Shown: piece after piece, positions 11,129-20,649 of the stretch
Layout of the letters: each line of letters opens with the position of its first letter
How positions within the stretch are numbered: position 1 is the first letter of the stretch
Origin: a virus
Virus record (IMG/VR): IMGVR_UViG_3300049215_000496
Coordinates: 25,082 to 89,081 of that record
Strand: one strand, 5' to 3'
Length of the DNA: 64,000 nt
Translations under genes and position numbers: made by a program
The notes under the pieces: generated by a model
Database searches by the model: none
What the model was told of the DNA's origin: nothing
What the model saw: the letters and a program-made list of their open reading frames with translations, nothing else

Positions 11129-12109
11129 ATGTTAGATGGCAGCTACGTCACAGGGTACAACGCTGAGAGCAACAACCTCATCCAAGGAGAGGTTGTGCGC
11201 GTGTTTTCGTCCGGTGGGCAGAAGCGCGTCGTGCGCGCGCAGGCTCCGAGCGCGCTGCAAGGGCTCCTAGGCGTGGTCCACTCGGGCGTGGTTGGCCCGG
11301 GTGGACCTGTGGTCGTTGCAGCTATCGCATCCGCGGCCGTCAAGATCCTGCTCGATACAGGGCTCACGCCGATTGACGGAGGAACGTTATACGTGTCGGC
11401 TGTGACCGCCGGACGGGCGACGACCACCATGTCCGGCGCAGCGCTCGCCATCGCATACGACATCTCGAAGTACGCAACGACCACATCCGTGATCGGCATA
11501 CTGGCGCAAAATACCGGACTGGGCGCAACGGGTGTTGGTGGAGCCACTGGTGCGACCGGAGCAGCAGGCGCAACGGGCACAGCCGGAACGGCTGGAACAG
11601 CAGGCGCAACGGGAGCTACCGGTGTGGGCGCGACCGGCGCTACCGGTGCCGCGGGCACTCCTGGAGGAGCAACAGGGGCTACCGGTGTGGGCGCGACCGG
11701 CGCTACCGGCGCGGTGTTCTTTTCGCCGTTTCTGTTTGGGCGCCAAGCCAGTCAGATCCCCAGTGATTCGAATTGGTCCTTGTCGCCGAGTGGCTTCGAC
11801 ATCGTCAGCGACGGTCCGGGTTGGATGACATTCCAGCAGACCAATTTCGTTGATCTGGAAATGTTAATAACGTTCTTGACGTGGGTCGGCGGCGGTAACG
11901 CGAGCTTTCAGGTGCAGCACAGAGCTACCCCGGGCGTCGGCGCTTGGACCACCGACTGCACCATATCGATTCCAAGCGGCACAACAGGTCGACAGCACAC
12001 CACGGTGCCTGCCACGATCCCAGCAGCGGCCGAAGTGCGGCTGCTCGCGTCCGTGCCTGCGTCCACGGACCTGACCGTGATCGATTGGTCGATCTTCCTG
12101 TTCAACTAG
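11129..12109 (+). CDS. short collagen-like fibre, paralog of the large fibre
   Basis: [22 protein letters not shown]-terminus identical to that in the large fibre; GAT repeats; different C-terminal head. Confidence 0.85.
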   Translation: MLDGSYVTGYNAESNNLIQGEVVRVFSSGGQKRVVRAQAPSALQGLLGVVHSGVVGPGGPVVVAAIASAAVKILLDTGLTPIDGGTLYVSAVTAGRATTTMSGAALAIAYDISKYATTTSVIGILAQNTGLGATGVGGATGATGAAGATGTAGTAGTAGATGATGVGATGATGAAGTPGGATGATGVGATGATGAVFFSPFLFGRQASQIPSDSNWSLSPSGFDIVSDGPGWMTFQQTNFVDLEMLITFLTWVGGGNASFQVQHRATPGVGAWTTDCTISIPSGTTGRQHTTVPATIPAAAEVRLLASVPASTDLTVIDWSIFLFN

Positions 12110-12122
12110 ACATTCGTGCTGT

Positions 12123-13295
12123 GTGTCTGGCATTCTCTTCCGGATGCCACCCACCATACATCTGATCGCCCCCTTTCACACGATCACGAACACCGCGCAT
12201 TCGCACTGTGCCTTTACACAAAAGGCTCTGCGCTTTTCAAAGATGATGCACTTGGCGGCTGCCCCGTACCATGTGATCGAGTATTCGAACGAGGGCTCTG
12301 AATCTGAAGCCGATGAGCACGTGGTGATGCTCACCGCAGACGAATACCGCACGTTCTACAAGCCCGAAACCAGCTCACCGGGTGCCCAAGCCAACATCAA
12401 TACTCCCGGCTGCACCTTGTTCAAATCGCGGCTCGTATCTGCCATCGAGCAGCGCGCCCGCATGGGAGATCTCGTTGCCCACGTTTTCGGGCCGTCGCTG
12501 CACACAGCTGTCGTCCAACGTTTTCCGGGGCTCATCCACGTTGAGACAGGCATCGGGTATCCATGGAGTCCAATGGGGGCTTATCCGATCTTCGAGTCCG
12601 AAGCCTGGCGGCACTACCAGTGGGGACGCCACGGCAATCCGGGCGGCGTGCTGCCGACAGGAAACATTGCGTTGACACCGTCACGCACGTGGGTGATTCC
12701 GAACTACTTCGACGAGGAGGACTGGCCGTTGAACGTCGATCCTGAAAACAGCGTGGTGTTCATGTCGAGATTCGTTGTCGACAAGGGCATCGACATGCTT
12801 GCGCGCGTGATCCAGGCATGGGATCGCAAACACCCGGGGGACGGCCTGAAATTCGTGTTGGCGGGTATGGGGGATTTTCTTGGCTGGGCAAGCAGCAGCG
12901 GGTTCTCATCAACAGAGCTGGATCGCATCGCGTACCGCGGTGTTGTGACAGGAAAAGATCGTGCCTCCTTGCTGGGCAGTGGGAAAGCATTCATCTTGCC
13001 GACGATATTCGTCGAGCCATTTGGGGGTGCAGCTGTGGAATCGATGCTGTGCGGGACACCTGTGCTCGTGCCCAGTTTTGGAGCTTTCACCGAAACCGTG
13101 CGACACCGCGAAACCGGATTTCACTGCCGAACCGTCGAGGATTACGTTCTGGGAATCGAAACGGCGTGCAATTTCTCGCGCGACGATCGCACGGCTATCG
13201 CCACAGAAACCAGGCGACGCTACACCCTCGAAGCGTGCGCCGCGCTGTACGATACGGTGTTCACGCAACTTTCGCAGCGCCCTGGTATCGAATAA
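12123..13295 (+). CDS. GT4 glycosyltransferase
   Basis: FMSRFVVDKG and FVEPFGGAAVES…GTPV motifs. Confidence 0.85.
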   Translation: MSGILFRMPPTIHLIAPFHTITNTAHSHCAFTQKALRFSKMMHLAAAPYHVIEYSNEGSESEADEHVVMLTADEYRTFYKPETSSPGAQANINTPGCTLFKSRLVSAIEQRARMGDLVAHVFGPSLHTAVVQRFPGLIHVETGIGYPWSPMGAYPIFESEAWRHYQWGRHGNPGGVLPTGNIALTPSRTWVIPNYFDEEDWPLNVDPENSVVFMSRFVVDKGIDMLARVIQAWDRKHPGDGLKFVLAGMGDFLGWASSSGFSSTELDRIAYRGVVTGKDRASLLGSGKAFILPTIFVEPFGGAAVESMLCGTPVLVPSFGAFTETVRHRETGFHCRTVEDYVLGIETACNFSRDDRTAIATETRRRYTLEACAALYDTVFTQLSQRPGIE

Positions 13296-13305
13296 ACTTG
13301 GAGGC

Positions 13306-13962
13306 ATGGGGACTCGCGCAACCGGCATCGATGTGTCGTCGTACCAAGCTCACGTCAATTGGCCGACTGTGTACGCTTCCGGTGTCCGCTTCGTGGGCAT
13401 CAAAGCTTCCGAAGGTCGCACCCACATAGATACACAATTCGAAACACACCGAGCAGGCTTCCGCGGGTGCCCCTTCACGCTAGGTGTGTTTTACCACTTC
13501 GCGCGCCCGGGCGATCCTAAAGAGCAGGCTGCGTTGTTTCTCAAAACGGTTGGGCCGCTCCTCGACAACGAGCGCCTGGCGTTGGACTTCGAACTAGCAC
13601 TCACGCTCGTGCCTGCAGATAGCTTGGCATGGATCGACACGTTTTTCGGCGAGCTGCGCAAGGCATACAGTGATCGGCGCCATCTCATTTACACTTCCAA
13701 GCGGATCTGGAAGAGCATTGGGGATCCTGACTGGTCCGGGGCGCGGAACGTAGATCTGTGGGCACCGCGGTACAACAGCATCGGGCACGAGCCCGAGGTG
13801 CCCAGACCATGGTCCGAGTGGCACATCTGGCAATGGACCGATGGGGGCCTGCAAGAGACTCCCGGTGTCGGCCGTTGTGATGCAAACGTATTTTGCGGGG
13901 ACAATGAAGCGCTGACGGCGTACGCGAAGCTGGACGAGGATCTCACGCCTGTTGTGGCGTGA
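13306..13962 (+). CDS. GH25 lysozyme/muramidase (endolysin)
   Basis: GIDVSSYQ, IKASEG, YHFARP, ALDFE, IYTS and WQWT motifs. Confidence 0.92.
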   Translation: MGTRATGIDVSSYQAHVNWPTVYASGVRFVGIKASEGRTHIDTQFETHRAGFRGCPFTLGVFYHFARPGDPKEQAALFLKTVGPLLDNERLALDFELALTLVPADSLAWIDTFFGELRKAYSDRRHLIYTSKRIWKSIGDPDWSGARNVDLWAPRYNSIGHEPEVPRPWSEWHIWQWTDGGLQETPGVGRCDANVFCGDNEALTAYAKLDEDLTPVVA

Positions 13963-14124
13963 TCATCTCAACCGCAAGACACCGCTGCCAGACGCGACGA
14001 GCCCCGCTGCAAGCCCTGCCGTGAAGCACGCCAGGCCGATCGCCTGCACCTTCCCGTTGTTGGACACCAAATACGCGAGCAGCCCGAGGACCGCCACCAG
14101 AACGGCAAACAGTTGGATTGTCAT
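13963..14124 (-). CDS. 53-aa two-TM membrane protein (holin-like candidate)
   Basis: Two hydrophobic helices; adjacent to lysin; TGcTATCCT-7-ATG leaderless promoter. Confidence 0.6.
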   Translation of the reverse strand: MTIQLFAVLVAVLGLLAYLVSNNGKVQAIGLACFTAGLAAGLVASGSGVLRLR

Positions 14125-14147
14125 GCGGGGCAGGATAGCACGGGGGG

Positions 14148-15473
14148 TTACACCCGCACGATTTTGTCCGAGACGATGCCCTTCGTTGCGTTTCGGCAAT
14201 CCACGACACGTTGCGATTCAGCCACAAGTTTCGTGTAGTCGACGTTTACATGATCTGTGACGATCACGGCACAATCGTAGTATCCATACTGCGGCACGAA
14301 GCTGAGCCCGCTGACCATTAGATCGCCAACCTTCAAATTCAAAGCGGGCACATGCTTGTCGTAGAACTCGACCGCAGCGCCGCGTGCCAGCAGGCCCTCA
14401 ATGACGTCGAACGCAGGGGACTCTCGCACGTCGTCCACGTCGCGCTTGTACGTCACACCGACAATGAGAATCTTAGAGCCTCTCACAGCTTTGAATCGAT
14501 CGTTCAGGGCGTCCGCTACACGCTGCACCACGAACGCAGGCATCGCACTGTTCACCGCGTCAGCCAGATCGATGAACCTCGGAGCGTACTTCAACGTGCG
14601 CAACCGCCAGGCAAGATACCGCGGGTCCACCGGGATGCAGTGGCCGCCTAGCCCTGGGCCTGGGTAGAATGGCATAAACCCGAAGGGCTTGGTCGCTGCC
14701 GCGTCGATCAGCTCCCATACGTCGAGCTTGAGGTGCTGACACATGATAGCGATTTCGTTAACGAGCCCGATGTTGACAGCTCGAAACGTGTTCTCTAGCA
14801 GCTTGGTCATCTCGGCCGCGTCGGTAGAAGACACCGGAACCACCGTGTCCACAAACGTGCTGTAGAACGCCATGGCGAGTTCGCGGCTGATCGTGGACGC
14901 TCCTCCGACGATCTTTGGTGTGTTTTGGATCCCGTAGGTCTTGTTGCCGGGATCAACCCGTTCGGGGGAGAATGCCAGGAAAAAGTGCTGATTGAGGTGC
15001 TTCGGTATCGAGCCGATCGTACACGACTCCAGCAGCGGACGCGCGACTTCCCGAGTGAAACCTGGAAACGTCGTGCTCTCGATGATCACCAACTGCGGGC
15101 GAACAGCCCCAATGGCACGCACATCGTTCAGCGCCGTCACCACGAACGAGTTGTCTGGATCTTTGGTCTTGTTCAACGGTGTCGGTACGCACACGACGAT
15201 GATGTCCGCGTGTTTGAGCCCTTGCGGCGATTCTGCCGCACGAAAGGCGCTGTTCATCTCGTTAAGCTGCGCGACCTTCTTCGGATCCGTGTCAAAGATG
15301 CTTGTGTGAAATCCCACTTTTGAAATTTCAATCGCCAGGGGCAGCCCGACGTACCCGCCGCCGATGACAACGACTTTGGCTGTGCGTGATTCGATCAGAT
15401 CCAGTAGCTCCGCATCAGGCGTAGGCGTTGGCGATCCGTTATTCCATTCGTCGTATTCTTCTTCAGTTGTCAT
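14148..15473 (-). CDS. UDP-N-acetylhexosamine 6-dehydrogenase (WbpA/WecC/TviB family)
   Basis: GGGYVG Rossmann motif, FSPERVDPG, KLLENTFRAVNI, catalytic GPGLGGHCIPVDP. Confidence 0.93.
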   Translation of the reverse strand: MTTEEEYDEWNNGSPTPTPDAELLDLIESRTAKVVVIGGGYVGLPLAIEISKVGFHTSIFDTDPKKVAQLNEMNSAFRAAESPQGLKHADIIVVCVPTPLNKTKDPDNSFVVTALNDVRAIGAVRPQLVIIESTTFPGFTREVARPLLESCTIGSIPKHLNQHFFLAFSPERVDPGNKTYGIQNTPKIVGGASTISRELAMAFYSTFVDTVVPVSSTDAAEMTKLLENTFRAVNIGLVNEIAIMCQHLKLDVWELIDAAATKPFGFMPFYPGPGLGGHCIPVDPRYLAWRLRTLKYAPRFIDLADAVNSAMPAFVVQRVADALNDRFKAVRGSKILIVGVTYKRDVDDVRESPAFDVIEGLLARGAAVEFYDKHVPALNLKVGDLMVSGLSFVPQYGYYDCAVIVTDHVNVDYTKLVAESQRVVDCRNATKGIVSDKIVRV

Positions 15474-15556
15474 CGACTACCCTTTCATGCGCAAGCTCCC
15501 ACCGATCGTTTTTGAATTTCCACGAAAGTTCACTGAACAGCAACCACGCTTCATAT

Positions 15557-15721
15557 TCATCGTGTGTCATTGAACACCCGAAACCTGAAGCACGTAAGGC
15601 ATTTCGGTTCTCCGATCAACCTTCGAATCGTGTTATCAATAGTTTTGAGTGTGCTCCTAGCGAGTTCACGTTGACGTTTTTTAACGCGTCGGCGTTTGAT
15701 ACGTCGTTTACGTTTTGTCAT
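15557..15721 (-). CDS. 54-aa very basic protein with CxxC (not in ORF track)
   Basis: MTKRKRRIKRRRVKKRQRELARS…KCLTCF; ATGA overlap with recombinase stop. Confidence 0.5.
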   Translation of the reverse strand: MTKRKRRIKRRRVKKRQRELARSTLKTIDNTIRRLIGEPKCLTCFRFRVFNDTR

Positions 15722-16434
15722 CTGGGCACCACATCCGGTTTCACTCCGCGCAACCCCAACAAAGCCCCGTCCAGTCGGGCCGCGGCTGCCTTGGTTCCTC
15801 GTGCGTATCCCAACGTGACGGCGAGATTCCGGTGCCCGACGTGTTCCTGGACAACCACCGGCACCACCCCCGCCTCCAGCAAGTGCGTGACGATCGAGTG
15901 CCTGAATACGTGCGGATGCCGGCGCTCGACCTCAACACCGATCTCCTTGAGCACACTGTCCGCCAGCGCCGCGACCTCGTGCCGAGACACTCCCCAACGC
16001 TTGCCTGTCGTCCCGCAGTGATAGCAGTCGATCTTCTGGACCTGCTTGCTTTTGCTCGTCGTGAGCTGCCCCGAGCCCTGACACGGGTAGCAGTCCCCTG
16101 GTTGCGCGCTCGGGAACAGAAACGGCTTTTGTTCAACTGCGACGATGCTGTCAGGCTGCACCTTGAGCCACGGAGGGAGCGCGGCCCGGCACTCGTGCAG
16201 GAGAGCATCCCATTCGCGCTCGGCGCCGTGCTTCAGGTGCACCACACGGGCGCGGCTGTTGTGTGTGTCGACGTCCTTCAAGAGCTGCAAGCCGGGCTCG
16301 GACGCGCGGGCGCCCCACTCGTAGAGCCAGGCAAGAAGCGCGTACTCGAATGGGCCTCGGGCTTTGGCGACGGCGAGGGCACGATTGACCTCGTCGACTT
16401 CGAGCACGGCTTTCTCGTTACGGGTTGTGGGCAT
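15718..16434 (-). CDS. tyrosine recombinase (catalytic domain only) with inserted Zn finger
   Basis: WGARASE (R), HLKHG (K), HPHVFRHS (HxxR), VGH, TLGY (Y); insert CYPCQGSG…CYHCGTTG. Confidence 0.88.
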   Translation of the reverse strand: MPTTRNEKAVLEVDEVNRALAVAKARGPFEYALLAWLYEWGARASEPGLQLLKDVDTHNSRARVVHLKHGAEREWDALLHECRAALPPWLKVQPDSIVAVEQKPFLFPSAQPGDCYPCQGSGQLTTSKSKQVQKIDCYHCGTTGKRWGVSRHEVAALADSVLKEIGVEVERRHPHVFRHSIVTHLLEAGVVPVVVQEHVGHRNLAVTLGYARGTKAAAARLDGALLGLRGVKPDVVPR

Positions 16435-16569
16435 CGTCTTTGACAGTCTTAGGTGTTGAGCTTTTTCCACCAGCGAGCGCTGCACCGCCAGAAACTCACC
16501 TTGGAATTCTCCTTCTTGACCACTGTCTGTTTCCGCTGCATCATCACCGCACACTACCTGCAAGAGTGG

Positions 16570-16654
16570 AGTCTTGCAAGAATTAAGTTACGCTACGTAA
16601 CACTACGCACTGCGTTATTGACGGTTGCGGTGCGGTGGAGCTATGATTCAAAGC
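16570..16654 (+). promoter_or_regulatory. divergent control region with palindromes and a sigma70-like leaderless promoter
   Basis: TCTTGCAAGA and GTTACG-CTA-CGTAAC palindromes; TTGACG(16618)-18-TATGAT-7-ATG 16655. Confidence 0.55.
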
Positions 16655-16948
16655 ATGGCTCGCCAAGTCCAAAAAGAAATCGCGCAGCTCATCGCACGCG
16701 GCCCGCAATCGCGCGGGCGAGGCAGCGCTCCGAGCGTCTGCGAAGTGCGATCGATGACACACGGCGAAGCTTGTCGAATACGCGCGTGCATCGACTGCGG
16801 CGCTCCGGGCGGCCAGTTGCTCAAAACGACCAAGGGGGAAAATCCCGGGCGGCTCTTGCGCCTCTGCGCAGCGTGTTTGCGTGGCGGCGTTTGGTGGTGC
16901 TTCGGGCTTGTCGATCGGGATCCGTTGCCTCTCGAAGAAGTTGCCTGA
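16655..16948 (+). CDS. small Zn-binding hypothetical protein
   Basis: CIDCG…CAAC. Confidence 0.6.
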   Translation: MARQVQKEIAQLIARGPQSRGRGSAPSVCEVRSMTHGEACRIRACIDCGAPGGQLLKTTKGENPGRLLRLCAACLRGGVWWCFGLVDRDPLPLEEVA

Positions 16949-17202
16949 TGCCCAGACCTCGCGGAAAACACGGGCGAGATGCCAGCACGGCCATCGCCAT
17001 ACGTGTACCGGATGACCTCCTAGAACTACTGCGCCAGGCGGCCGGTGCCGACGGTGGATCAGCGTTCGCCGAATGGTTTCGCAACGTGCTTCGACGGCAG
17101 GTCAACATACCGATTGACTACGAAGCTGGCTACGAAGAGGGCAAAGCCGCAGGGTGGGCTGACGCACAAGAGCGTTTCCGTGCGGCTATGAAGGGGGTGT
17201 AA
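16948..17202 (+). CDS. ribbon-helix-helix DNA-binding protein
   Basis: AIAIRVPDDLLELLRQAA…FAEWFRNVL pattern; coupled start. Confidence 0.7.
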   Translation: MPRPRGKHGRDASTAIAIRVPDDLLELLRQAAGADGGSAFAEWFRNVLRRQVNIPIDYEAGYEEGKAAGWADAQERFRAAMKGV

Positions 17203-17298
17203 TTTGGTGACGCCATTAAGTGTTCCAAGACCTGCAATGGTAACTGCACAAATGCGACTTCGAGCTGCTGCTCGTAGCCACCGGTTGGCTAGCTGAGT

Positions 17299-17643
17299 AT
17301 GAAGTGCGCGGTTTTCAATGGATCGCCGACGTACTGTGCCACCAATGGCGATGCACTAGTGGCACTTGAAGATCAGCTAGTCGACAACGGCACTCTTGTC
17401 AGTCGCACGGAAAACTACCGTCAATCGGGCGTTCCGCTATCTCGCCACATACACGGTGCTTCGTGCTGTGAACTGTGCCATTGCCCAATCAGCACCATAG
17501 GATCATATTGGTGTTGGAACTGCTGGCTTCGCTTCACTGAGCCAAAAGGGACGTGTCTGGTGCGTCCATACATACATTTGACCTCTTGGAATCGCGCGCG
17601 TGAGTGCAAAGAAGAGCAAGAAGAATCAGCCCGACGGGCGTGA
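17299..17643 (+). CDS. Cys-rich hypothetical protein
   Basis: CELC…CWNC. Confidence 0.5.
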   Translation: MKCAVFNGSPTYCATNGDALVALEDQLVDNGTLVSRTENYRQSGVPLSRHIHGASCCELCHCPISTIGSYWCWNCWLRFTEPKGTCLVRPYIHLTSWNRARECKEEQEESARRA

Positions 17644-17664
17644 CCGTCGCGCTAAACTCAATTG

Positions 17665-17913
17665 GTGGTAGATGGCGACACCCCCACCCCGACCATCGTA
17701 GACCCCTGCGTGTGGTGTGGCGGTAAGCTGGTCCGCGTCACCGACCGCTTACCTGCTCCGAGCGACCTGTCCGAAGCGTGGCGCGACTGGCGTCAGAACT
17801 GCGTAGCAGCACAATCCAATATGTGGGCCTACTGCCCGCGGGCCAACAAAGGACAGGTCATGCACGAGTCCATGAAGATGTTGTCGCTGGAGCGCCGCGC
17901 GGGCTTGCGATAG
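17665..17913 (+). CDS. hypothetical protein (CxxC)
   Basis: TAAACT-6-GTG; CVWCGG. Confidence 0.5.
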   Translation: MVDGDTPTPTIVDPCVWCGGKLVRVTDRLPAPSDLSEAWRDWRQNCVAAQSNMWAYCPRANKGQVMHESMKMLSLERRAGLR

Positions 17914-17923
17914 GATGTTTGGA

Positions 17924-18160
17924 ATGAAACGCACCCTGCGCTGCGCTCCGGGTGAACAACGATTTACGGTCCTGCGTGTGAACGGCGATCCGAAAGACAC
18001 ACACGCAGCGCGCAGCTACGCCAAAGCCCGCGAGCTGGCAATGCCCGATCGGGGCTCACGTGTCGAAGTCTTCGCCGTGTGCGCCCGTGAGCCTGGACAG
18101 GCGCGCTTGCTCAATACTGTACGGGGACAGCTCCTGCGCACGATGCGCGTGAAGCGGTGA
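17924..18160 (+). CDS. small basic hypothetical protein
   Basis: TAGGAT-7-ATG. Confidence 0.55.
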   Translation: MKRTLRCAPGEQRFTVLRVNGDPKDTHAARSYAKARELAMPDRGSRVEVFAVCAREPGQARLLNTVRGQLLRTMRVKR

Positions 18161-18219
18161 TCCCTACCGACCAACCGTGAAATTGACCCTCTCACCGCCC
18201 TGAGAGTAGAATCTCTAGA

Positions 18220-18507
18220 ATGAACGAGATTTTCACCCTCAGCGGAGCTGACGCGCCGTTCTACCTTGCAGCTCCGCCGGCAATCGACGTGGAGTGCGCC
18301 CAGAAGGTCAAGACGGTGCTGGTGGTCGGCAGCTTGACCACGATCAGCGCGGTCCCCGTCGGGCTCTTCGGCACGTACAAGCTCATCAAGGGGAAGGGAG
18401 CCGCCGGGATCACGGCGCTTCTGGCGATGGGCGCGCTGTTCTTTGTCGGTCGCACGTTGGTCGCTTCGAGCGCGAAGGCGTTCGACACGTGCCGAAAGGG
18501 CGCGTGA
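18220..18507 (+). CDS. two-TM membrane protein with N-terminal EIFTLSGA leader
   Basis: TTGACC-18-TAGAAT-7-ATG; two hydrophobic helices. Confidence 0.75.
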   Translation: MNEIFTLSGADAPFYLAAPPAIDVECAQKVKTVLVVGSLTTISAVPVGLFGTYKLIKGKGAAGITALLAMGALFFVGRTLVASSAKAFDTCRKGA

Positions 18508-18782
18508 TGGCGCGTCGCCGGAAGGGATTGGGATCGAGCCCCGAGGTTCACGAAAGTAAAATGCAACCGCTTCTCGATGTGGCACGCGCGGAAGCTGAAA
18601 ACGCTGTTGATCATCTCAGCAAAGGAAACTGTGCCGCAGCAATTCGTGCGGTAGCGCGAGGATACTTCGCCGCCGGACGAGCTGATGCCCACGGGCAGAG
18701 CGCCGGGCGCGTACAAACAGCTTACTCCCCCCGCTTGGATACGGTGATCAGCCAAGTCGCTCTACGCTGTTCTCGCAAGTGA
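18507..18782 (+). CDS. small helical protein starting MARRRKGLGSS
   Basis: Coupled start; L..GNC..A..AVAR motif shared with 28979-29389. Confidence 0.7.
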   Translation: MARRRKGLGSSPEVHESKMQPLLDVARAEAENAVDHLSKGNCAAAIRAVARGYFAAGRADAHGQSAGRVQTAYSPRLDTVISQVALRCSRK

Positions 18783-18786
18783 TCTC

Positions 18787-19068
18787 GTGCCCTCCCCCGC
18801 GGTATTCGTCTTCGGCATGCAAGGCTGTCCGGCCTGCGAAGAGTACATGCCGCGGTTCAAGAACGCTTGCTCACGCAACCCCCCGAGCTGCCCGGTAGGC
18901 GTCTACGACCTGGCGAGTGATCCCCGCGCCAACGAATTTGCCACGCGCCTCGGGATCCGTGCGACACCCACCACGGTGGTCATGGACCGGCGAGGAAAGC
19001 TCCACAAGTTCGTCGGGGCGCTCGCCGATTCGAAGATCCTGCAAATACTGAAACAAGTCGTCACGTAA
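18787..19068 (+). CDS. thioredoxin-family protein
   Basis: GCPAC active site, GIRATPT cis-Pro motif. Confidence 0.85.
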   Translation: MPSPAVFVFGMQGCPACEEYMPRFKNACSRNPPSCPVGVYDLASDPRANEFATRLGIRATPTTVVMDRRGKLHKFVGALADSKILQILKQVVT

Positions 19069-19083
19069 GGTAGAATACCGAGC

Positions 19084-19428
19084 GTGGAAACGCCGGCTAA
19101 GATGCCCACTGTGGACATCACGAAAACCCACATGCCCGTCACGTACGTGGTGGTGATTGTGGGTGCAATCGTCGGGGGTGCGCTCGGAGTCGCGCGAAGC
19201 TACAACGCGCAAGCCTGGGAAGTGCGTACACTCCGTGAAAAGATCGAATCGCTCGCGACAAAGGAAGATCTGCACAAAGCCGAAATTGCTTCACAAGCCG
19301 ACATGCGCGAGTTCGCGCGCGAACGTGTGAAGTTCTATCTCGAACACGCAGCGTTGCGCGTGGCAAAGCCCACAAACGGGAAAACGTACATGACAGGCAA
19401 AGTCGAGTTCCCGATCGTCGACGAGTAG
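19084..19428 (+). CDS. single-TM coiled-coil protein
   Basis: TAGAAT-7-GTG; TM YVVVIVGAIVGGALGVA. Confidence 0.7.
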   Translation: METPAKMPTVDITKTHMPVTYVVVIVGAIVGGALGVARSYNAQAWEVRTLREKIESLATKEDLHKAEIASQADMREFARERVKFYLEHAALRVAKPTNGKTYMTGKVEFPIVDE

Positions 19429-19431
19429 CGC

Positions 19432-19890
19432 TTACGCCGCGTTTATCGACGACTTCACCAGTTCATCGAACACGTCTCGAACACCAGGATCCTTCACGCG
19501 TTCATCGATCCAAGCTGCCACGGCGGCTGCTCGCGCGCCTTGGAGAGGCTCCCACAGCATGCAGTTCGACAGGCGGCACGCCCGCCCCTTCGTGCTGTTG
19601 TACTCGGCTACTTTGCGCCCTGTGTCCATCTGTAGCTGCTTCACTTCGGGCAACTGTTTGGTGCTACAGAGCACACCGAATGGTGTGCGCAGCAATCCGA
19701 GCTGCCGAAGGCGCCGCATATAGTCCGTCGTGATCACGTTCGCGGCCCGCCGATCCTTCGAGATCTCGCGCTGCATGATCACCGTCAGGGTACCTGCATG
19801 CTCCGAGGAGGTCTTCTGGACGGTGTTGGTCTCGCCGCCCTCGACACGGACAGTTCCTGTGATGACAATCAGCGGACGCAACTCGACCAT
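19432..19890 (-). CDS. hypothetical protein
   Basis: TATCCT-6-ATG; 152-aa ORF. Confidence 0.6.
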   Translation of the reverse strand: MVELRPLIVITGTVRVEGGETNTVQKTSSEHAGTLTVIMQREISKDRRAANVITTDYMRRLRQLGLLRTPFGVLCSTKQLPEVKQLQMDTGRKVAEYNSTKGRACRLSNCMLWEPLQGARAAAVAAWIDERVKDPGVRDVFDELVKSSINAA

Positions 19891-20118
19891 GCCCGGAGGA
19901 TACGATATTGCTGGACGGCTAGCAAACCTGTGCTGTATTGTTGGCACGTCGAAAGGGTTACATGATGCACACACGCCGCGCGTTTCTATTCGCCCCGGCA
20001 ACCCTGCAAGGCACGGCGGTTGGGTTTGCACGTGCGGGGAAGTTTTGAGCTTGTACACAGAACAACGGTGTGTCTGTGGTACCAGATGGAAGCGTACACA
20101 TGCTGGCGTGGAACCTGT

Positions 20119-20649
20119 ATGATCCTGTACAGCACACAAAAGCATAAGCGCGCGTTTACGGCCCACCTCGCGGCGTCGGCGCTCGCTCCAGGATATGGAC
20201 CGGGACCGGCGTGCACGCTACCGGAACAGTTAACGAGGCTGATCGACAAACTTGAATGCACGCTCGAATTCTTTGAAGCGGTTCCAATCGGCGCGGATCT
20301 GACAGACGTTCTTCCCCGGTGGTTTTTGTGGTTGCTGACGGAAGAACTCGGACAGTATCCCACAAGCAAGCCAGTTGCGGAGCTTTACCACCGTCAACTC
20401 GCGGGGGATCCACCAACGAAAAAAGAGTGGGGGGCCGCCTACGCCGCCTACGCCGCCGCCGCCACCGCCGCCGCCGCCTACGCCGCCTACGCCGCCGCCT
20501 ACGCCGCCTACGCCGCCACCGACGCCACCGCCTACGCCGCCTACGCCGCCATCGCCGCCACCGACGCCGCCGCCACCGACACCGCCGCTTGTTACAAACG
20601 GATGCGCGAAGCCCTGCTACGGATCACACATGAATGTTCTCCAACCTGA
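20119..20649 (+). CDS. Ala-rich repeat protein, family member 1
   Basis: Paralog of 57107-57664; low-complexity GCC/TAC/ACC/GAC tract at about 20434-20586. Confidence 0.75.
   Translation: MILYSTQKHKRAFTAHLAASALAPGYGPGPACTLPEQLTRLIDKLECTLEFFEAVPIGADLTDVLPRWFLWLLTEELGQYPTSKPVAELYHRQLAGDPPTKKEWGAAYAAYAAAATAAAAYAAYAAAYAAYAATDATAYAAYAAIAATDAAATDTAACYKRMREALLRITHECSPT

Noticed and set aside
15463-15570. 35-aa ORF MTHDEYEAW… resembling the dehydrogenase N-terminus MTTEEEYDEW
   Set aside because: Too short to distinguish from chance.
20434-20586. NNC-only codon tract as a DGR variable region
   Set aside because: No reverse transcriptase or AAC-rich template repeat is visible in the window, and GCC dominance fits trinucleotide slippage better.
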